Shown here piece after piece: positions 57,456 through 64,000 of a DNA stretch of 64,000 bases. Position numbers and translations under genes: made by a program. This DNA comes from Promethearchaeia archaeon (lineage in GTDB: Archaea > Asgardarchaeota > Lokiarchaeia > Sigyniarchaeales > SOKP01), in contig JAHQWH010000015.1 of the NCBI GenBank assembly GCA_029856105.1, positions 128,001-192,000 of the forward strand, in the 5' to 3' direction. How positions within the stretch are numbered: the stretch's first letter is position 1; each line of letters begins with the position of its first letter. The notes below the pieces were generated by a model, which saw only the letters and a program-made list of their open reading frames with translations, made no database searches and was not told the origin of the DNA.

Positions 57456-59537
57456 ATGGAAAACATAACCAAACATCCCATCCTGGAAATTCCCGAAAGA
57501 AAGAGAATAAAATTCAAATTTGACGGGAAAGCATTAAACGGATTTGAGGGAATGGTTATATCTTCAGCTTTATTTCTTAATAAAATTAAAATTTTTGGTC
57601 ATCACATAAAAGATTCTAGTCCTCAGGGAATGTTTTGTGCTAATGGACAATGCTCTCAGTGTAATGTAATCGCCGATGGTATTCCAGTAAAAGCTTGTAT
57701 GACGCTTCTAACAGATGGAATGGAAATAAGAAGTTGTGATGGTTTACCAGAACTACCTCTTGTGGACAGTGCCGTAGAAGTTGGCGATATAGATATTATT
57801 AATACAGAAGTTCTTGTTATTGGTGGGGGTCCAGCTGGATTATCGGCTACCAAACTTTTTGGAGAGCGTGGAATAGATGTCTTACTAATTGACGATAAAA
57901 ATAGACTTGGCGGTAAACTAGTACTTCAAACCCACAAATTTTTTGGTTCCCAAGAAGTATATGCTGGTAAGCGCGGTATCGATATAGCAGAGATTCTTGG
58001 TGAGATTGTAAGTTCGTTGAACTCAATAAAAGTTTGGCTCAATAGCACGGTTGTAGCTGTATTTAGCGACAATTTTATTGGTGTTTTGAAGAAAAATGAA
58101 GAATATGTGTTAGTTAGGCCGAATTATCTGTTGATTGCAACTGGAGCAAGAGAGAAAATGTTAGTTTTTCCGGGAAATACTCTTCCAGGAGTGTACGGTG
58201 CAGGTGCATTTCAAACTTTAGTTAACCGCGATCTCGTTAAAGCTGCCGATAAAGTTTTTATAGTTGGCGGTGGAAATGTTGGATTAATTGCGGGATATCA
58301 CGCTATCCAAGCAGGAATAGATGTTGTTGGTTTGATCGAAGCTCTATCTCTATGTGGTGGTTATAGAGTTCACGAAGATAAACTTAGAAGGTTAGGAGTT
58401 CCCATTTACACCAATCATACAATTATTTCTGCAAACGGCCAAAGCAAGGTAGAATCGATCACAATTGGTAAATTAGACGATAAATTTAACCTTATTCCCG
58501 GAACTGAAAGAACATTTAGTTGCGATACTATCTTAATTGCGGTAGGGTTAAATCCCGTTAACGAATTTTATAACAAAGCAAAACAATTCAATATGAAAGT
58601 TAGGGTTGCTGGAGACGCTCAAGAAATTGCTGAAGCGTCAGCTGCGATTTTTACAGGAAGAATTGAAGCGCTAAAAATGCTAAAAGAAATGGGAATCGAA
58701 ATAGAAGAAAATATCGATGAATTGGAAAAATTTGCAAACATTATGAAAGCAAAACCTCCAGCTCCCCGTGAAATAAAAATAATTGAAAAAGAAGATGGTA
58801 TTTTTCCTCTCTTTCATTGCAATCAAGAAATTCCTTGTAACCCTTGCACATCTGTGTGTCCTCAAGGGCAAATTGAGACCGTGGATAACTTAATCACGCA
58901 ATTACCATACTTTAAAGGCGAAGAGGACTGTATAGGCTGCGGAAAGTGCGTAGCTGTATGTCCGGGATTGGCAGTAACGCTAGTTGACTATCGAAAAGAC
59001 AAGGAATACCCATCAGTTACATTTCCTCTTGAATTAACTTCTGAAAAAATAAGTGTTGGGCAAAAAGTTATCGTTGTAAGCGATAACCGAGAATTAGGAG
59101 AATTTGAAGTTAAACGCTCAAGATTTCTTAAAGAGTTTCCAAAAACTCTATTAATTACCGTCAAAATTCCTGCAGAATTAGCAAAAATTGCCGTTGCTAT
59201 CAAACTTCAAAAAACTACGTATGATCAACCCTTAGATATATATCAAAAATCCTATACTGACGACGATGTTATAGTTTGTAGGTGTGAACGCGTATCAGTG
59301 GGCGAAATTCGAAAATGGATTCGATATGGAATTAAAGATCTCAACGAATTAAAAGCTTTGACTAAAGTTGGAATGGGAGCTTGCGGCGGGAAGACTTGTA
59401 CGCCATTAATTAATCGGATTTTTCGCGAAGAAGGCGTTTTACCGGAAGAGGTTATTCCTAGCACAAGTAGGCCATTATTTATAGAAGTCCCTATGAGTGC
59501 TTTTGCTAGAGCTAAAGTAAAGAAGGGAGGTAAATAA
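57456..59537 (+). CDS. Fused Fe-S flavoprotein: 2Fe-2S + FAD/NAD-binding + 2[4Fe-4S] + BFD-like domain (L-proline dehydrogenase / sarcosine oxidase alpha-like)
   Basis: FCANGQCSQC...KAC; IGGGPAGL; ATGARE...PGV; GGGNVG; CNPCTSVCP and CIGCGKCVAVCP; VCRCE...GMGACGGKTC...RP. Confidence 0.82.
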   Translation: MENITKHPILEIPERKRIKFKFDGKALNGFEGMVISSALFLNKIKIFGHHIKDSSPQGMFCANGQCSQCNVIADGIPVKACMTLLTDGMEIRSCDGLPELPLVDSAVEVGDIDIINTEVLVIGGGPAGLSATKLFGERGIDVLLIDDKNRLGGKLVLQTHKFFGSQEVYAGKRGIDIAEILGEIVSSLNSIKVWLNSTVVAVFSDNFIGVLKKNEEYVLVRPNYLLIATGAREKMLVFPGNTLPGVYGAGAFQTLVNRDLVKAADKVFIVGGGNVGLIAGYHAIQAGIDVVGLIEALSLCGGYRVHEDKLRRLGVPIYTNHTIISANGQSKVESITIGKLDDKFNLIPGTERTFSCDTILIAVGLNPVNEFYNKAKQFNMKVRVAGDAQEIAEASAAIFTGRIEALKMLKEMGIEIEENIDELEKFANIMKAKPPAPREIKIIEKEDGIFPLFHCNQEIPCNPCTSVCPQGQIETVDNLITQLPYFKGEEDCIGCGKCVAVCPGLAVTLVDYRKDKEYPSVTFPLELTSEKISVGQKVIVVSDNRELGEFEVKRSRFLKEFPKTLLITVKIPAELAKIAVAIKLQKTTYDQPLDIYQKSYTDDDVIVCRCERVSVGEIRKWIRYGIKDLNELKALTKVGMGACGGKTCTPLINRIFREEGVLPEEVIPSTSRPLFIEVPMSAFARAKVKKGGK

Positions 59538-59539
59538 TC

Positions 59540-60706
59540 CTGGTAGAATTCGACGTGGTTATCATAGGGGCAGGAAGTGTTGGAGTTCCAACGGCCTTAG
59601 CTACTGCAGAGAATGGACTTAAAACACTCGTTTTAGATTCTCTTCCTTCCGTTGCCCAAGGGGATAATAAGCACGCTATTGGAGGGATCAGAGCTACACA
59701 TTCGCTCAAAAGTAAGATATGGTTATGTCAAAGATCTATAGAAGTTTTTTCTACTTGGAGGGATTTACACGGTGATGACATCTGGTGGGAACAAGGAGGG
59801 TACTCCTTTTTAGCTTTTACCGAAGAACACGAAAAAATGCTAAAAGAGACAGTTCGACAACAAAAAGAATATGGGTTAAATATAAAATATGTAGACAAAG
59901 AAAAAATAAAAGAACTTATACCTGGGATTAATAGTGAGAATTTATTAGGAGGCACATTTAGTCCTGAAGATGGAAATGCTTCTCCGTTATTATCTCTTCA
60001 TTCATTTTATCGTAAATCTAAAGAATTAGGAGCTGAATATAACTTTAATGAAGAAGTTATTGATATTATTACAAAAGATAAAGCAGTTTTAGGAGTTAAA
60101 ACTAGTAAAGCTGAATATAAAACACAATTTGTAATTAATGCTGCAGGCGGTCGCGCTAAAGACATTGGAGATATGATTGGTATTGATTTACCCGTCATTC
60201 CTGAAAGCCATGAAGCAGGGATCACGGAGCCAGTTAAGAAATTCTTCTCTACGATGGTAATTGATATTAACCCTGCCACAGATACAAAGTTTGGAAACTC
60301 AAAAAATTACTATTTTTATCAAAACAAAGAAGGAAAAGTTATCTTTTGTTTGACTCCTGATCCTAATATTCCCGGCATAGATCGACGCGAAACAAGCTTA
60401 TACTTACCTCAAATTTCAAAACGTATGGTTAATTTATTACCTCGATTAAAAAATATAAAAATTAGGAGAACATGGCGCGGTTTGTACCCTATGTCACCAG
60501 ATGGCAATCCAATTATCGGCAAAGTTAACGATATTGAAGGATATATTAATGCTGTTGGATTATGTGGACAGGGATTTATGCTGGGGCCAGGCCTTGGCGA
60601 ACTATTAAGTCGCTTACTAATAGATAAATTAAATCAAAAGGATAAAGAAATTTTAACCGAACTTGCATACGGACGAGATTTTTTTGAAGTAGAAGATTTA
60701 AAGTAA
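59540..60706 (+). CDS. FAD-dependent amino-acid dehydrogenase (DAO family; proline dehydrogenase/sarcosine oxidase beta-like); probable CTG start at 59540
   Basis: FDVVIIGAGSVG, GGIR, DG.ASP, VINAAGG, RTWRGLYPMSPDGNPIIG, GLCGQGFMLGP. Confidence 0.82.
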   Translation: MVEFDVVIIGAGSVGVPTALATAENGLKTLVLDSLPSVAQGDNKHAIGGIRATHSLKSKIWLCQRSIEVFSTWRDLHGDDIWWEQGGYSFLAFTEEHEKMLKETVRQQKEYGLNIKYVDKEKIKELIPGINSENLLGGTFSPEDGNASPLLSLHSFYRKSKELGAEYNFNEEVIDIITKDKAVLGVKTSKAEYKTQFVINAAGGRAKDIGDMIGIDLPVIPESHEAGITEPVKKFFSTMVIDINPATDTKFGNSKNYYFYQNKEGKVIFCLTPDPNIPGIDRRETSLYLPQISKRMVNLLPRLKNIKIRRTWRGLYPMSPDGNPIIGKVNDIEGYINAVGLCGQGFMLGPGLGELLSRLLIDKLNQKDKEILTELAYGRDFFEVEDLK

Positions 60707-60787
60707 ACATTATGATAAATAATCCTATAAATCAAGTTAAACTAATAAATTTGATAAATAAATAAACAATAAAATTATAAAGTAAAA

Positions 60788-61732
60788 GTGGTATTAAAAA
60801 TGGTCCGACATTTAACCAAAATTTCTGACTTTTCTAAAGCAGAATGTGAGAATGTAATTAATAAAGCAATAGAAATTAAGAAGAATCCAGACAAATTTGA
60901 CACTGCCTTAAAAGGAGAGACGCTTTTAATGGTATTTGAAAAACCATCGCTAAGAACTAGAATCTCTTTTGAAGTAGGAATGCAACAGTTAGGTGGTCAT
61001 GCGATTTTTTATTCAATAAAGGAATCTCCTCTTGGCAAGAAAGAAAATATTCACGACACAGCAAAAACTGCCTCGAGATTCGTTCATTTAATAGCAGCAA
61101 GAGTGTTTAAAAGACATGATATTTGGGATTTAGCCCAATATGCAGATGTCCCAGTAATTAATATGCTTGACGATTTCGCGCATCCGTGTCAAATGATTGG
61201 GGATTTTTTAACTATAAAAGAAAAGAAAGAAAGATTGGAAGATTTAAAAATAGCCTACTTTGGAGATGCGTATAACAATGTTACCTACGATTTAATGCGA
61301 ATAGCCGCTATGTTTGGTCTAAAGTTAGATGTTGCTTGTCCAGAGGGAACAGCTTATACGCCTGAACAAATTGTTCTTGAAGAGGTGGCTCAAATTTCAA
61401 AAAAAACTGGAGCAAAAGTGAATGTAGTTCATAATGCTTTCGATGCTGCAAAAGATTCTGACATAATTTATACCGATTCTTGGATGTCTTACGGTATTCC
61501 AGTTGAAGAAGAGGATGACCGAAGGAAGATTTTCATGCCATATCAAGTATCTCTAAAAATAATGAAAGCCGCGAAACCAGACGCAATTTTTATGAATTGT
61601 TTACCGGCAAAACGAGGTTACGAACAAACCGCTGAAGTTATTGATGGTTCTCAATCAATTGTATTTGATCAAGCAGAAAATAGATTACATGGTCAAAAAG
61701 CAATTATGCTCTTTTTACGAGAAAAATTTTAA
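60788..61732 (+). CDS. arcB: Ornithine carbamoyltransferase (likely start ATG 60800)
   Basis: FEKPSLRTR, HPCQ, GD..NNV, YTDSWMSYG, NCLPA.RG.E, DQAENRLH; adjacent to carbamate kinase. Confidence 0.9.
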   Translation: MVLKMVRHLTKISDFSKAECENVINKAIEIKKNPDKFDTALKGETLLMVFEKPSLRTRISFEVGMQQLGGHAIFYSIKESPLGKKENIHDTAKTASRFVHLIAARVFKRHDIWDLAQYADVPVINMLDDFAHPCQMIGDFLTIKEKKERLEDLKIAYFGDAYNNVTYDLMRIAAMFGLKLDVACPEGTAYTPEQIVLEEVAQISKKTGAKVNVVHNAFDAAKDSDIIYTDSWMSYGIPVEEEDDRRKIFMPYQVSLKIMKAAKPDAIFMNCLPAKRGYEQTAEVIDGSQSIVFDQAENRLHGQKAIMLFLREKF

Positions 61733-61796
61733 ATAGTAAGTTAGATATTATTATTTTTTCAATTTTGGTAATTATCTAACTACTAGAGGTTTTTTT

Positions 61797-62711
61797 TTGA
61801 AAACATTAATCGTTGCGCTTGGAGGAAATGCCCTCATTAAACCTGGGGAAAGAGGAACCCCCGAACAAATGATTAATAATCTACAATCCCCTATTAAACA
61901 AATTGCAGAATTATCTGAAGAGTATAATATTATTATTACCCATGGCAATGGCCCTCAAGTAGGTGCGCTACTCCTTCAACAAGAAGCTACCGATGAGATT
62001 ACAAGAATGCCTTTACAAATTTTAGTAGCCGAAACTCAAGGACAGATTGGATTTTTAATTGAATCGACCCTTGATGAAGAGCTCATGCACCTTGGGATTG
62101 ACCTTGATAAATATTTTATTACTGTTTTGACTTATGTTGAAGTTGATCCCAACGATCGAGCGTTTAAACACCCAACTAAACCAATTGGACCTATATATAA
62201 AAAAAAGCAACCTGGATATGTGAAGACTTCCAAAGGTTGGAGGCGGGTAGTTCCATCACCAAAACCATTAAGAATTGTTCAATCACGAGAAATTAAAAAG
62301 TTAATCCAAGAGAACTTCATCGTTATATCTTGTGGTGGTGGTGGAATTCCTGTAATGAAGGAAGGAACTCGCTTTCAAGGTATTGAAGCCGTTATCGATA
62401 AAGATCTCGCAAGCGCAAAGTTAGGCGAACAAGTAAACGCAGATATTTTAATAATTGCTACAGATGTAGAAAAAGTGGCGTTAAATTACGGCAGAATTGA
62501 TTATAAGTACCTCGATAGGGTTTCAACAACAGATGCAAAAGAATACATGAAGCAAGAACATTTTCCTCCTGGAAGTATGGGTCCTAAAATACAAGCAGTA
62601 ATAAATTTCTTAGAATCTGGTGGCGAGCAAGCCATTATAACTTCAATTGAAAAAATTAAAGAAGCTTTAGAGGGTACATCCGGTACCCATTTCTTTATTA
62701 AGGATAATTAA
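61797..62711 (+). CDS. arcC: Carbamate kinase
   Basis: ALGGNAL, THGNGPQVG, PTKPIG, WRRVVPSP, GGGGIPV, EAVIDKD, GSMGPK. Confidence 0.93.
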   Translation: MKTLIVALGGNALIKPGERGTPEQMINNLQSPIKQIAELSEEYNIIITHGNGPQVGALLLQQEATDEITRMPLQILVAETQGQIGFLIESTLDEELMHLGIDLDKYFITVLTYVEVDPNDRAFKHPTKPIGPIYKKKQPGYVKTSKGWRRVVPSPKPLRIVQSREIKKLIQENFIVISCGGGGIPVMKEGTRFQGIEAVIDKDLASAKLGEQVNADILIIATDVEKVALNYGRIDYKYLDRVSTTDAKEYMKQEHFPPGSMGPKIQAVINFLESGGEQAIITSIEKIKEALEGTSGTHFFIKDN

Positions 62712-62822
62712 TTTATATAAAATAAGCAGATTATACCCGTAAATCAAATAATTCTTAATTTCTATATAAAATAAGATTATGTAATAAATATATAATTATA
62801 AATAATCTAAAATAGCATATAC

Positions 62823-63482
62823 ATGGTTAGAAAAATTGATAAAGATATCAAGCAATACTATGCCGACAGAGCATATGAATATAATAAGACATATTTAAGA
62901 CCTGAACGTCAAAAAGATATTAAAAAACTTCATAAATTGCTAACCACCCTATTAAAAGGTCATTTGGTACTTGAGGTTGCATGTGGAACTGGCTATTGGA
63001 CTAAGACAATTGCATCGGTTTCAAAATTTATTACTGCTGTTGATGTAAATGATGAAGTTCTTCAAATAGCAAAAAGTCGCAGAATTCCTTCAGATAAGGT
63101 AATTTATGTTCAAGATGATGTTTATAAATTAAATAAAATTCAAAATAATTTTTCTGCTGGTTTTGCTGGTTTTTGGTGGTCGCACATATTAAAATCTAAA
63201 TTAAAAAGATTTATTGCCTTATTTCATTCAAAGCTTCAACCAAACGCTCTTGTTATTTTTATTGATAATCGACGTGTGAAGGGAAGCTCTACACCAATAA
63301 GTCGAATTGATATTCATGGAAATTCTTACCAAATAAGGAAATTAGAGGATGGTCGAGAATATGAAATATTGAAAAATTTTCCTACTAAGAAAGAAATTCG
63401 CGAAACTATTGGAAATAAAGTTAAAAATCTTAAGATTAAATTTTTGACATATTTTTGGATTGTATCATATAATATTGAATAA
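62823..63482 (+). CDS. Class I SAM-dependent methyltransferase
   Basis: YYADRAYEY, VLEVACGTGYWT, FWWSHI. Confidence 0.88.
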   Translation: MVRKIDKDIKQYYADRAYEYNKTYLRPERQKDIKKLHKLLTTLLKGHLVLEVACGTGYWTKTIASVSKFITAVDVNDEVLQIAKSRRIPSDKVIYVQDDVYKLNKIQNNFSAGFAGFWWSHILKSKLKRFIALFHSKLQPNALVIFIDNRRVKGSSTPISRIDIHGNSYQIRKLEDGREYEILKNFPTKKEIRETIGNKVKNLKIKFLTYFWIVSYNIE

Positions 63483-63647
63483 TATGTTTCATAAACGGAC
63501 TTATTTGACATAAATAAATCTCACATAAAAACAAAGTTAATTTTTAATTTACAAAAAAAAATAGTTGTATCTGATTTTGGGAAAAATTTTTTAAAATTAC
63601 GGTTATAACCCAATTTTTATATAAAAAATAAGTTAGATTTTAATTCT

Positions 63648-64000
63648 TTACGCTACCAGCACATTTTCGATAATTTTCAAAGCCCAATCGATTTGATCTT
63701 TAGTTATAATTAGAGGCGGGGCAAAACGAATAATTGTAGAATGAGTGTGTTTGGCCAACACGCCCTTATCTTTAAACATTTCGACTATGTGCCTTGCATC
63801 TGATTCAAATTCAATCGCTAATAATAGACCTTTACCTCTAACCTCTTTTATTGGAACTATAGTTTTCTTTTTTGCGATATTTCTAAGCCCTTCTAGAAAA
63901 TAACCTCCAAATTCTTTGGCTCTTTGAGCTAAATGGTCGTCAATATGAATCTCTAACGATTTCATAGCAACCGCACTAGCTAAAGGGTTTCCTCCAAATG
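63648..64000 (-). CDS. rocD: Ornithine aminotransferase (class III PLP), C-terminal part; the gene extends beyond the window
   Basis: Open from the window edge: FGGNPLASAVAMKSL..., EVRGKGLLLAIE, GVLAKHTHSTIIRFAPPLII (RocD-type LAKxTH..IIRFAPPL). Confidence 0.78.
   Translation of the reverse strand, partial: FGGNPLASAVAMKSLEIHIDDHLAQRAKEFGGYFLEGLRNIAKKKTIVPIKEVRGKGLLLAIEFESDARHIVEMFKDKGVLAKHTHSTIIRFAPPLIITKDQIDWALKIIENVLVA

Noticed and set aside
788-63511. Many 60-155 aa ORFs overlapping larger genes (e.g. 788-1024, 8059-8448, 18310-18723, 30849-31484, 51844-52311)
   Set aside because: Antisense or alternate-frame shadows of well-supported genes, with no recognisable motifs.

Overview
AT-rich archaeal DNA, most consistent with an Asgard archaeon of the Lokiarchaeia (inference from a Loki-CTERM-like IPGY sorting tail, a eukaryote-like LRR protein, an actin-like remnant and T-rich terminators). 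No rRNA, tRNA, CRISPR array or transposase was recognised. The window is mostly metabolic. (i) TCA/citrate set: aconitase, fumC, sucCD, two-subunit ATP-citrate lyase, isocitrate dehydrogenase. (ii) A dispersed hydroxyproline/proline/ornithine/arginine hub: HypD glycyl-radical enzyme, arginine synthetase ArcE, AOR, a fused Fe-S flavoprotein amino-acid dehydrogenase pair, a Giardia-type OTC, carbamate kinase and ornithine aminotransferase. (iii) An SCP2-like gene plus three 2-hydroxyacyl-CoA dehydratase/Bcr-family subunits. (iv) NAD-dependent DNA ligase, a GH2 glucuronidase and several hydrolases. Signals the ORF track misses or does not explain: a frameshifted, 5'-truncated actin-family gene after icd; a UEV/E2-like + JAMM fusion; an 8-repeat surface beta-propeller with hypervariable positions; two operator arrays (3x TTACT-N3-RGTAA; two tandem pairs of TTTCA-N7-TGAAA); two gene blocks flanked by duplicated upstream sequence of the next gene; several gene remnants; and probable non-canonical start codons. 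All family assignments come from motif recognition by eye, not database searches.
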